The notes beneath the pieces were generated by a model, which was not told the origin of the DNA, searched no databases, and saw only the letters and a program-made list of their open reading frames with translations. A DNA stretch of 64,000 nt from Candidatus Latescibacterota bacterium (GTDB taxonomy: Bacteria > Latescibacterota > UBA2968 > UBA8231), in the NCBI GenBank assembly GCA_965261395.1, contig OZ253462.1, positions 1,568,001 to 1,632,000 on the forward strand. Reading direction: 5' to 3'. Below, piece after piece: positions 1 through 8,602 of this stretch (its first letter is position 1; the number at the start of each line of letters is the position of its first letter). The position numbers and the translations under genes are program-made.

Positions 1-102
1 GCGGAAGCAGCGAGTAGTGCGAGCACATACACGATCAAATCAAACGGCCACCGCTATCACACTTACCTACTACTGCTTCGGGTTGGTGCAGTAGCATCAC
101 TG

Positions 103-1035
103 TTAACTATTCAGCGAATCCCGCAGGAGATCAACAACTCGTCTGAAGGCCCAGACTTCACCTCGTGAGAGCGCAACTCCTGAATGCAGTGCCAAGGAAA
201 GAAGACCATAAAGCTTTTTGACCCACTGGTTCAAAGAGGGGGTCACATGGCCGGCGTCACGATGAAGTTTCAATGCCGCGTACCAGTCATCCGCGCTCAG
301 CGGCTCTTGGCCTTCGAGTAATGCGTTCAAGTCTTTGCGGAACAGCACCGCCTCAAGGTGTGATCTCACGAGGCCAGCAGCGACGATTGGGCTGCCTGAA
401 TAGTTTGAGTTCAACAGACTAGGAGAAGGAGCACGCATGAAACCAAGCAGTACCTGCTCGCCCATGAAATCTGAATCATGCGACCAGCTTTCCGATCGGC
501 ACGAATAGCGTGAGCCGCCTGTTCCGACCAAGAGATCCTCAGCCCCAAAGGCGAAATCTTCGACGTTGTACTGAACACTTCTGATCACGTTGACGAGCGC
601 ACGCATGTTCGTGAACCGGTACACGCGGGTGAACTCCTCGGGCTCGGTAGACCTGCATGCGTTCATGACACCCGCCTTTGGCAGCGCACGCAAGTGACGT
701 ATCAGCGTCTGCTGAAGGGCGTCGTTCATGTGGAAGACGACCGCAGCACGACAGCCGTCCAAGCGGTGGGGGGGATGCGACGGGATCTCGAAGCTGTAAG
801 CCTTGTTTGCGAAGTAGCAGTTGAATAGGCGTTCGTCGGATGCCAAGAACTCGTTACGCAGTCCATCTGCCCACTTGTTGAAGCCCTTGTCCCGAAGGGC
901 ACTCTCGAGACGGCACCGTAGACCACGGTTGAGTTCATTAAGCTTGTCACATGCTGCAACTACGGCCCCCGCGTCTAACTCCTCGCTCGGTCTCACCGTC
1001 TCTAACGGCTCAAGGTACTCCCACCCCTTCGTCAT
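103..1035 (-). CDS. hypothetical protein (~310 aa)
   Basis: Long ORF; start moved to ATG 1035 (MTKGWEY) behind a GAGGAG RBS; no recognised motif. Confidence 0.7.
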   Translation of the reverse strand: MTKGWEYLEPLETVRPSEELDAGAVVAACDKLNELNRGLRCRLESALRDKGFNKWADGLRNEFLASDERLFNCYFANKAYSFEIPSHPPHRLDGCRAAVVFHMNDALQQTLIRHLRALPKAGVMNACRSTEPEEFTRVYRFTNMRALVNVIRSVQYNVEDFAFGAEDLLVGTGGSRYSCRSESWSHDSDFMGEQVLLGFMRAPSPSLLNSNYSGSPIVAAGLVRSHLEAVLFRKDLNALLEGQEPLSADDWYAALKLHRDAGHVTPSLNQWVKKLYGLLSLALHSGVALSRGEVWAFRRVVDLLRDSLNS

Positions 1036-1093
1036 TCTCGACTCCTCTGTTTCAGCTTTTATGCGTACGCGTTTTCTTTTTTGGCGAAGGTTG

Positions 1094-1633
1094 TTAATCT
1101 TTGCGTTTCGAATCCAAGAGCCTGCCAAGGACTGCACCTACTGCCGTTCCGACCCCGGGCAAAAGGATGCTGCCAATTGCCGCGCCGGCTAGAGCACTGG
1201 CTGCAACGCCCCCCTTAGCTGACGCTGCGGCGATACCCATTTTGATTGCCTTGTTTCTGTTGCGCGAGATACCCGAGTGCAGAAGACGTCGCATCGTCTC
1301 GATGTCCTCTTCTGAAAGCTCATCCGACTCTACAGGCAAGTCTTCGGCATTTTGCAGGTTGGAGAGTGCTTCAATGTCTTCACGCCCAAGAAGCAAGAAC
1401 ATCGGGGAAACGCTAAGTACATCAGCCAAGCTCACTAACGTGGAAAGCCTAGGGTCGCCTTCGCTTCCTTCGATCTGAATCACCGTCGCCCGGGAGACCG
1501 AAGCCCTAGTAGCCAAGGTGTCCTGGGATATCTCCAGCGCAGTTCGGGCAGCCACCAGATTTCGGGCGAGGTTCATCCGCACCTGATCTATGTCGAGAAT
1601 ATTGCTGGATGGTGTGCTTCGTCGCTTACTCAT
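1094..1633 (-). CDS. Xre-family HTH regulator with C-terminal glycine-zipper-like hydrophobic tail
   Basis: LARNLVAARTALEISQDTLATRASVSRATVIQIEG...DPRLSTLVSLA is an HTH_3 pattern; C-terminal GAAIGSILLPGVGTAVGAVLG; GGAG RBS before ATG 1633. Confidence 0.8.
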   Translation of the reverse strand: MSKRRSTPSSNILDIDQVRMNLARNLVAARTALEISQDTLATRASVSRATVIQIEGSEGDPRLSTLVSLADVLSVSPMFLLLGREDIEALSNLQNAEDLPVESDELSEEDIETMRRLLHSGISRNRNKAIKMGIAAASAKGGVAASALAGAAIGSILLPGVGTAVGAVLGRLLDSKRKD

Positions 1634-2010
1634 GGTCATCTCCATTGGGGAACATGTGGATTTTCGTGACACCGGCCTCATCCTTCCAGAACACGTAGCT
1701 GCCCTCGGTCAAGCTCCTGCCATACCGAACCGGCAATTGGGCGTCACGAAGTTCGAGAGAGGCGAGTTTGGCGGTTTCCTTTCCTACACCGCGAGCGGAG
1801 ACATTCCGTTTCCACCAACTCATTTCCTCCACACATTTTTGTGCATGGGACTCAAGACCTTCGACGGATGGAAAATTCTCCAGAAGCTCGCAGTGTTCAC
1901 CGGTCTTCGCCTTATCGAGGCGTCACTGGATATCCGCCGGATTGTGCTCCGTCGCGTGGTACACCCATGCCCCTTCAATCCGGTGGTCTTGATATTGGTG
2001 GAAACTTCAC
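1626..2010 (-). pseudogene. disrupted small hypothetical gene between the yaaW-like and Xre genes
   Basis: GTG overlaps the upstream stop (GTGA); an apparent early frameshift, then HQYQDHRIEGAWVYHATEHNPADIQ*RLDKAKTG... continues in frame to TAA at 1626. Confidence 0.4.
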
Positions 2011-2768
2011 TCTTCTGAGCCATCGCGCAAAGCAACGATGCCTAGGTACAGACATATCGGAATGGTCTTCCGATATGCCGGACCTTGAAGATCCAGAGCT
2101 ATCCAAGTGCCGGAGATCACCCACAATACAGGGCCGAGCACATTCAGCCACGGGTTACGTTTCACAAGTTCCTTGACTAGATGCTTAGCTGCCTCTCTTC
2201 CGACAATTTGAGCCAGTATCGTGACAATGATAGTCTCAATTATCCCAAGGGTAACTTTGGGTCCAAGAACCTTGAAGAGAATAGGTAAGACCGCTGCCTT
2301 CCCGTTTTTCTTTAGGTGATCCATGATGAGGTCTCGGTCTGCGTCGCCAACCCCAATATCCTCGAATGCCTTTGAGAGTTCTTCCGGGGATTTGCTCAGA
2401 AGTTCTTTCTCAACCACAGCTTTCACCAAACGCTCAAGCCTAACCTCGCTACTGCCACCGCGTTTGATGGGTACCTTGAGTTTTTTGCAAACGTCATCGA
2501 TCAATTCAGAGGCAGCCACCCCAGCCTCATTTTTATCTTTCCCACAAAGGAAGCGTGTCAAATAGGCGAAGTCGGACGACCCGTAGTACCGGATCTGTTT
2601 GTCAATCAACAAGATGAGTTCAGTTCTCGCGGCGTTATTGCTCTTACTCTTGTCGAGCAACTGTTTCCGCTTATTGTCATCTGTAAATGAAAGGTAGCTG
2701 TCGAGCACCTTTGACAAATACTCGAAGTCAGCGTACTCACATTTCTCTAGAAGCGCTTTCATGCTCAT
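2007..2768 (-). CDS. YaaW/UPF0174-like protein
   Basis: C-terminal LGPVLWVISGTWIALDLQGPAYRKTIPICLYLG resembles the YaaW GPAYRVTIP motif. Confidence 0.7.
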   Translation of the reverse strand: MSMKALLEKCEYADFEYLSKVLDSYLSFTDDNKRKQLLDKSKSNNAARTELILLIDKQIRYYGSSDFAYLTRFLCGKDKNEAGVAASELIDDVCKKLKVPIKRGGSSEVRLERLVKAVVEKELLSKSPEELSKAFEDIGVGDADRDLIMDHLKKNGKAAVLPILFKVLGPKVTLGIIETIIVTILAQIVGREAAKHLVKELVKRNPWLNVLGPVLWVISGTWIALDLQGPAYRKTIPICLYLGIVALRDGSEE

Positions 2769-3309
2769 CCTCCCCAGACGTATAAGTAACTGACGTTACG
2801 CAGTTTTCCAGAAAATCCTCGATTCCGCCTCAATATCTTGAGTCAACAGGCTTTGATAAACCATAAGATAGAGAGCTACTGCGTAAAGTTAGTTAAGATA
2901 TACACCCAAGCGATGAATGTCAAATATAATATACATACACTAATTTATAAAACAATGTTCGTGCCCAGCTAGTCGCAGTCGAACTGCCGGCCCGATCACC
3001 AATGAGATCTCCGCGAACGCGCTATGTCTCAGAAAGGAAGGCGTGCCTACATATTGCTTGAGAGAACGAACCGAGCGCCCCGGTATGCCCAACTCCGTTG
3101 CGGCTGTGGGCAGCCGCCTCACACCACTAACGGTAGTCGGGCTGCGGACTGGATGGAATTTCGACACTAGGCGGGAGCTTTTTTGCCTATTGACTTAGCC
3201 GTGCCTCAGAAGGCGGGGAAATCGTATCAGATCGTTAGCGGTGGAGGTAGAGCTGCTGTCTTCTGCGCCGCCCTCCATCGTCAGATCGCACACGTTATTC
3301 TTCCATCTG

Positions 3310-3512
3310 AGAGGCTACTGGGAGGATCGTCGGACTAGGTGAACTATTCGACCGGAGAACCCACGGAGCGAACCTCGATACGTTCGATCTTCACGGGGCT
3401 CTCCTCGCCACTCCCGTCTCCTTCGCACCACTGCCCCTGTCGTAGACGTATCTCAAAAAATCGAGCCACTCCGGGTCGCAGCCCTGCTCGGTAAAGCCTA
3501 TGCTCAAGCGAC
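3310..3512 (-). pseudogene. decayed two-gene fragment: 3' end of an unknown gene plus 5' end of a mandelate racemase/enolase-like gene
   Basis: RLSIGFTEQGCDPEWLDFLRYVYD...RRAP* overlaps (GTGA at 3391-3394) MKIERIEVRSVGSPVE*FT*SDD, which has internal stops. Confidence 0.4.
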
Positions 3513-3536
3513 ATGCCTAGGCCAAGCTGGCGGCCC

Positions 3537-3854
3537 TTATTGAGGATCTGACGATACAAAATCTACTGATAGCCGCAGACCCATACTGTGCAGGATGGTG
3601 GCTAAGGTATGGAGACGGGGATTGCCGCCCGCCGATAGCGTTCGATAAATATTGGACCGATTCAAGCCGGTTTTCTCGGCCAGTTGGCCCAGCCCCCCTT
3701 GCGCCTCCACCACATCCCGTAAGGCCAGCAAGAGCGCTTCGTCGTCGTTATCGCTCTGATATTCCTCTAATGCCACATCAATATACGCTTTAGCCTTGAC
3801 AGGATCGTTGAGTTCCTGCGAATGGAATTCTTTAAAGGCTCCTAATTTTCTCAC
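3537..3854 (-). CDS. putative addiction-module antidote protein (HTH antitoxin)
   Basis: YIDVALEE...LLLALRDVVEAQGGLGQLAEKTGLNRSNIYRTLSAGGNPRLHTL, typical of this antitoxin family. Confidence 0.88.
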   Translation of the reverse strand: MRKLGAFKEFHSQELNDPVKAKAYIDVALEEYQSDNDDEALLLALRDVVEAQGGLGQLAEKTGLNRSNIYRTLSAGGNPRLHTLATILHSMGLRLSVDFVSSDPQ

Positions 3855-3901
3855 GGCTCTGACTCCTTGTATTCAGCCCATTGTCCGCAAGCATCATTCA
3901 T
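3851..3901 (-). pseudogene. 3' stub of a RelE-like addiction-module killer toxin
   Basis: ...QWAEYKESEP* resembles the WxxYK C-terminus of killer proteins; its TGA overlaps the antidote GTG (GTGA). Confidence 0.5.
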
Positions 3902-4006
3902 AATATACAATCTTTATCGCCGACTGAACTACTACCTGATAGCAATAATGGACGCCGCCCCGCCAGCGCGATATATTGCGCCTACCCATCAACAGGAGAA
4001 CACGCC

Positions 4007-5350
4007 ATGGCTCTGACCCCCTGGATTCGCATCGGCCAGCCCTTAGAGGCGGTCATGTCCGATTACGAGCGCATCTTCGACGCCTGGGAACAAGGCGGCA
4101 TCCGCGGCCTAGTCTTTGGCCGCTTGGTCTTTGCCGATGAGCAAGGCCAGTGTACCATCCCCGCGTTCAAGGGCGATCTCGCGCCCTACCAAAAGCGCGG
4201 CCTCACAGCCCAACTGCGCGACGTGCCCCTGCAACCCGACAAGGAAAAGCTCCTGCACGCCATGCTGGCCGACGCCAAAAGGCGCGGCTGGACCGTGATG
4301 ATCTTCGCGCCCGCCTCCGGCACCATTGCCGCCGAGGGCCTGCCGCTGGCGGAGGATCCCTACGGCACCCAGCTACACGCTGCGTCTTGGGAGGACATCT
4401 TCGCGGCTTTCCCAGAAGCCGACGGCGGTATTGTCGATGGCTGGACCGAGTCGCCCTACGAGCTGTCGTATCACCACGGCAACGCAGTCTTCCGCCCGCT
4501 CAGCGACGGCCAGCGCCAAGAGGCAACCGCTAGGGGCTACGACGCCGCGCGCCTAGATCGGGGCCGCCAGCACTTGCACCAGCGCTTCCAGAGCTTCACG
4601 CCCGCCGAAGTGGACTACTATGGTGCCCACGGCGTGCTCTCGGAGATGAACCTCTTCGACATCAACGAGGACGCGCTCTACTGGTTGCGCTGGCGACGCG
4701 AAGACGGCATCCGTCAGGGTCGCGAATTCCGCCAAGCTCTCGACGAGTTGCCGCGCCAATTGCTCCTCGGCAACGGCCCGCGCTCGGCTGTGTTTTCCGG
4801 CATGACCGCGCTCGACTTCCACGCCTGGGGTCAGATCGTGGATTTGCTCTTGGTTAAGCACTACTTCTGGCATCGCGGCTTTGACGGGATGTACGGCACA
4901 GTCGCCCGCTGGGTGCAGCAGATTCAGGAGTGGAACCCGGCGTTGAGCGAAGCGCAGTGCTGGACGGTCCTCCGCTCTTGGCTCGGCATCCGCCTGCCCG
5001 AGGTGGAGTGCCTAGCCGACATGGAATTGGGGTTTCCGCAGGCGTTTTTCGACGAGGTGGTGCAAGAAGAGACGCGCCGCGCCATCGCCGCAGTCGGCGA
5101 CCCGCAAAAGATCCTGCCCTGGGTCGATACCGGGCGCATGCCCCACGGCGGCGACCCCATGACCGCCGGCGATCTCTACCGCATCCTCCAAGCTTCGGAA
5201 GCGGCCGGGCTGCAACGGTTCCTCTTCCACAACCATGCCCACCTGACCGCGGCTGAATGGGCAGTCATCTCGCGGATGTGCGGCACGGCGTGGGACGAAA
5301 ATCCCGACGGCTACTGGCCCCCGGCAACGCCCAAACCCGGGACGTACTAA
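4007..5350 (+). CDS. conserved-looking hypothetical protein, possibly TIM-barrel (447 aa; 'gene X')
   Basis: AGGAGA RBS before ATG 4007; host-like codon usage; no confident family. Confidence 0.85.
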   Translation: MALTPWIRIGQPLEAVMSDYERIFDAWEQGGIRGLVFGRLVFADEQGQCTIPAFKGDLAPYQKRGLTAQLRDVPLQPDKEKLLHAMLADAKRRGWTVMIFAPASGTIAAEGLPLAEDPYGTQLHAASWEDIFAAFPEADGGIVDGWTESPYELSYHHGNAVFRPLSDGQRQEATARGYDAARLDRGRQHLHQRFQSFTPAEVDYYGAHGVLSEMNLFDINEDALYWLRWRREDGIRQGREFRQALDELPRQLLLGNGPRSAVFSGMTALDFHAWGQIVDLLLVKHYFWHRGFDGMYGTVARWVQQIQEWNPALSEAQCWTVLRSWLGIRLPEVECLADMELGFPQAFFDEVVQEETRRAIAAVGDPQKILPWVDTGRMPHGGDPMTAGDLYRILQASEAAGLQRFLFHNHAHLTAAEWAVISRMCGTAWDENPDGYWPPATPKPGTY

Positions 5351-5356
5351 GCGCCC
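4673..5356 (+). repeat. direct repeat copy A (3' end of gene X)
   Basis: Near-identical to 7729-8413; positions 5230-5350 also match 12137-12257. Confidence 0.97.
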
Positions 5357-5409
5357 TATAGCCGCCGGCCCCAAGACCGTCCCACGAGCGACGTCGAGAT
5401 CTGCAAGGA

Positions 5410-5787
5410 ATGCATCAACTTGATCACGGTGATCCTGAACGAGACATGCGCCAGTTTGTTTTGAAATTGCTTGAGAGCTGGGGCTTGAGCAGAGACGATG
5501 CGGTCCTCCTGCTGGGATTCGATCAGACGGACAACGATTTCGTGCGAGCCGTTTTGGAAGGTGCCGCCGATCTGCATGGCCGAGACGTTCGTGATCGAAT
5601 TGCCCATCTTTTTCAGATCAGGAAGACGCTGTCATCGCTCTTTCGCGATCTAGGTGTCGAAAACGAATGGCTGCGCGAACAGCACACCTTGCTGGATGGG
5701 CAAGAGCCGTTGAAGTTGCTGTTGGGCGGCTCCATGGAAGACCTTCTTTTAGTGAAGGAGTACGTGGATGCCGCCGCAGGACGATGA
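5410..5787 (+). CDS. MbcA/ParS/Xre-family antitoxin (DUF2384-like C-terminus)
   Basis: RDRIAHLFQIRKTLSSLF...ENEWLREQHTLLDGQEPLKLLLGGSMEDLLLVKEYVD. Confidence 0.8.
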   Translation: MHQLDHGDPERDMRQFVLKLLESWGLSRDDAVLLLGFDQTDNDFVRAVLEGAADLHGRDVRDRIAHLFQIRKTLSSLFRDLGVENEWLREQHTLLDGQEPLKLLLGGSMEDLLLVKEYVDAAAGR

Positions 5788-5831
5788 CGCGCCGGAGTCC
5801 CGACAATCGGTTGACAATACACGTTCTGTAA
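5784..5831 (+). pseudogene. probable 5' stub of the cognate RES toxin
   Basis: ATGA overlap with the antitoxin stop; MTRRSPDNRL then an early stop; no RES domain follows. Confidence 0.4.
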
Positions 5832-6029
5832 TCGGATTGGCGCAGAAGCAGTCCGGTTGGGATTGGACGGTTTGGCCGCTCCTTCCGCGCGCCGGGAGAA
5901 TGGTTCCAATGCAGGCACTGGCGGCTGACGCCGAGTTTCACCCGGCGGCGGCTCTCGTCACCGCACGCTTGGGAGACCTTGCGTCGGGGGCTGGAAGCGA
6001 GAAAGATTGGAGCCGTGGGCAGTTGAAGC

Positions 6030-6386
6030 TCAGCGGTTGATCCACTCCTCCCGAATGGTAAACGGCTCCCCGCAGTCGATATCGCTGTGGTGGATGATCA
6101 GGCGTAAGGTCCCTTCCGCGTCGATGACGTGAAGGTCGAGGGCGGTGTCCGATACCCGGTACGCGACCTGGCGGCAGATCAGTTGCCCGTTCGCCGTCTC
6201 GGTGCGGGTGTTGACCAGCGGCTCTGCGCCGCAGAACTCACCGGTGAATTCGTAGCGTTCGATCTCGACGAGATTGCCGTCCGCGTCGTACACATGCGCG
6301 ATGGCACCGTCCTTAAGCTCTCCCTGCATCTCCTTGTGCCAGCCGGGTTGCCAGCGGCCCCGGCCTATCGGCATGCGCTCGCTCAC
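6030..6386 (-). CDS. hypothetical protein (118 aa)
   Basis: GAGGAG RBS and GTG start; YDADGNLVEIERYE resembles a YD-type beta repeat. Confidence 0.65.
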   Translation of the reverse strand: MSERMPIGRGRWQPGWHKEMQGELKDGAIAHVYDADGNLVEIERYEFTGEFCGAEPLVNTRTETANGQLICRQVAYRVSDTALDLHVIDAEGTLRLIIHHSDIDCGEPFTIREEWINR

Positions 6387-6466
6387 GTTTTTGCTCCTCT
6401 CATCTGCGCCAAAAAGCGTTTGGCGGTCCCGGCAAAGTGGTCCTCGATCTCATCCGCGTCATCACT
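6383..6466 (-). pseudogene. 3' stub of an unknown gene
   Basis: SDDADEIEDHFAGTAKRFLAQMRGAKT*, stop overlaps the next GTG; begins just after the hairpin at 6475-6515. Confidence 0.45.
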
Positions 6467-6474
6467 AAGAACCC

Positions 6475-6515
6475 CGACGGTCGTAGGTTCCCCTTAGGGT
6501 GCCCTACGACCGTCG
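6475..6515. terminator. 13-bp perfect inverted repeat (terminator or REP-like hairpin)
   Basis: CGACGGTCGTAGG-N15-CCTACGACCGTCG followed by ATTTTATTTT. Confidence 0.6.
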
Positions 6516-6524
6516 ATTTTATTT

Positions 6525-7148
6525 TCAAGGAATATCGGCGATGAGACCGGTTTTGTGGAGCCGCTTGTCGATGACCTGCGGCGATACCTCAAATGTCCTA
6601 GCTATCCTCTGAGCGGCCCAATCGGCCAGCCGATCTATGTATTGATGGCGTCTAAACCCGACCTGCCTCGCCTGATCGGCGAGGGCGTCCATCTCGGAGA
6701 GCAGGGCGTCAAAGATGTTCTGCAAGTGGCGCTGAGGCACGAGCAGACAGCCGGCGAATTCATACGCCTGATACTCCATCCAGTTTAGCTGTTGCTCAGG
6801 GAGGCTGGCGTAAAGCGTTTTCCATGCCTGTATATCTGGGGTGGCAGGCAAATTCTCGATAAACTCTTTATGCAGAACGAAGTGTCCCAGCTCGTGTGCG
6901 ACGGTAAAGCGTTGCCTGACCGCGTGCTGGTCAAAGTCCAAGTGAATCTCTTTGAAGTCGCGGGTAATGAACCCATCGCCTTCGATGTTGGCCTTCAGTC
7001 CAGGTAGGGGCAGGACACTGATCTTGAGGCAGTATTCGGCGATGTACTCGACATCAACAGGCAGGGTGTCGTCCCAGTATTGGGATAGAAACTCTTCGGC
7101 ATGTTGCTGGATCTCTTCATTCGGAATCCAACGAATCCCGTTCGGCAT
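6525..7148 (-). CDS. ImmA/IrrE-family metallopeptidase
   Basis: RQRFTVAHELGHFVLH (HExxH) and MEYQAYEFAGCLLVP. Confidence 0.92.
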   Translation of the reverse strand: MPNGIRWIPNEEIQQHAEEFLSQYWDDTLPVDVEYIAEYCLKISVLPLPGLKANIEGDGFITRDFKEIHLDFDQHAVRQRFTVAHELGHFVLHKEFIENLPATPDIQAWKTLYASLPEQQLNWMEYQAYEFAGCLLVPQRHLQNIFDALLSEMDALADQARQVGFRRHQYIDRLADWAAQRIARTFEVSPQVIDKRLHKTGLIADIP

Positions 7149-7521
7149 GATGGGTACTCCTCATCAACTCCGCCACCATATCTAGCTGTTCCTCTGTCAG
7201 CTTCTCGCCCCGGATCGTGCGGAAGAGAACGGGCAGTTTGGCTGCCAGCGCCTCGTCGTCGAGGATGTCTCGGGGCACTTGGCCGGCCGAAACCGCCGCC
7301 GCGTCCATAAACGCCCTCCGCGCTTCTGAACCTTCTTCCAAGCCGAGTTGCTGGGCCAGCTTGTCTTGCGCTTGGCGCGATTTAGGGGGCGGCCGGAGAC
7401 CTCGTTCCATCTTGGAATACGTCCCTGGGTCGAGGCCAAACTGCTCGCAGAAGCGCCTGAGAGGTACTTGCTGGTGGTGGCGCAACGATTGTAAAAACAA
7501 AGCAAAAGGGCCTACGCTCAT
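7117..7521 (-). CDS. Xre-family HTH protein, partner of the ImmA/IrrE peptidase
   Basis: LRRFCEQFGLDPGTYSKMERGLRPPP...AAVSAGQVPRDILDDE; overlaps the peptidase start; AGGAG RBS. Confidence 0.88.
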   Translation of the reverse strand: MSVGPFALFLQSLRHHQQVPLRRFCEQFGLDPGTYSKMERGLRPPPKSRQAQDKLAQQLGLEEGSEARRAFMDAAAVSAGQVPRDILDDEALAAKLPVLFRTIRGEKLTEEQLDMVAELMRSTHHAERDSLDSE

Positions 7522-7641
7522 TACTAAGCTCCTACGTCTAAACTAATCTCTTACGTTTTACTACGAAGGATCAGGGGACGGCCGGTGCGTCGCGCTCCTT
7601 TCTAAGCGGCAGGTGCTGGTGTCTTGGGAGTCAACATACAA

Positions 7642-7664
7642 CTGTTGGACGATTTTGCCAACAG
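7642..7664. promoter_or_regulatory. palindromic candidate operator upstream of the Xre-ImmA pair
   Basis: CTGTTGG-N9-CCAACAG in an AT-rich upstream region. Confidence 0.4.
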
Positions 7665-7728
7665 CTTAATCAAAAAATTAATCTTCCCCTTGCTCCGCCT
7701 TCTGCGGGACCTTACATGCCCCTTACGT

Positions 7729-8413
7729 GCGCTCTATTGGCTGCGCTGGCGACGCGAAGACGGCATCCGTCAGGGTTCGCGAATTCCGCCAAGCCCTCGA
7801 CGAGTTGCCGCGCCAACTACTCCTCGGCAACGGACCGCGCTCGGCTGTGTTTTCCGGCATGACCGCGCTCGACTTCCACGCCTGGGGACAGATCGTGGAT
7901 TTGCTCTTGGTCAAGCACTACTTCTGGCATCGCGGCTTTGACGGGATGTACGGCACGGTCGCCCGCTGGGTGCAGCAGATTCAGGAGTGGAACCCGGCGT
8001 TGAGCGAAGCGCAGTGCTGGACGGTCCTCCACGCTTGGCTCGGCATTCGCCTGCCCGAGGTGGAGTGCCTAGCCGATATGGAATTGGGATTCCCGCAGGC
8101 GTTTTTCGACGAGGTGGTGCAGGAAGAGACGCGCCGCGCCATCGCCGCAGTCGGCGACCCGCAAAAAATCCTGCCCTGGGTCGATACCGGGCGCATGCCC
8201 CACGGCGGCGACCCCATGACCGCCGGCGATCTCTACCGCATCCTCCAAGCCTCGGAAGCGGCCGGGCTGCAACGGTTCCTCTTCCACAACCATGCCCACC
8301 TGACCGCGGCTGAATGGGCGGTCATCTCGCGGATGTGCGGCACGGCGTGGGACGAGGATCCCGATGGCTACTGGCCCCCGGCAACGCCCAAACCCGGGAC
8401 GTACTAAGCGCCC
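7729..8413 (+). pseudogene. direct repeat copy B: 5'-truncated duplicate of the gene X 3' half
   Basis: 679 bp to the stop versus 678 bp in copy A (one extra T in CAGGGTTCGC); mostly synonymous differences; no start or RBS. Confidence 0.95.
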
Positions 8414-8602
8414 CGTACGCCGGCTTGACAGATTATGGATAACGATACATCGTTAGTCTGCCCGTGGTCCTTGGAAGCACCCTTGACCACCAAATCAAAG
8501 CTGCCTAATTAGTACCTATAGCGCGAGTGCAGTGAATTTTGGCAATGCTCAGGACGGTTCTAGCTGTTCGACATCGCCCAAACGAAACATAGGAGAAGCG
8601 CG

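Noticed and set aside
5832-6029. GC-rich intergenic stretch as a riboswitch or ncRNA
   Set aside because: No recognisable conserved motif by eye; an Rfam/Infernal scan would be needed
4673-8413. Duplicated gene 3' end as a DGR template/variable repeat pair
   Set aside because: Many differences are C/T synonymous rather than adenine-specific, the repeat is much longer than a typical TR, and no reverse transcriptase is present
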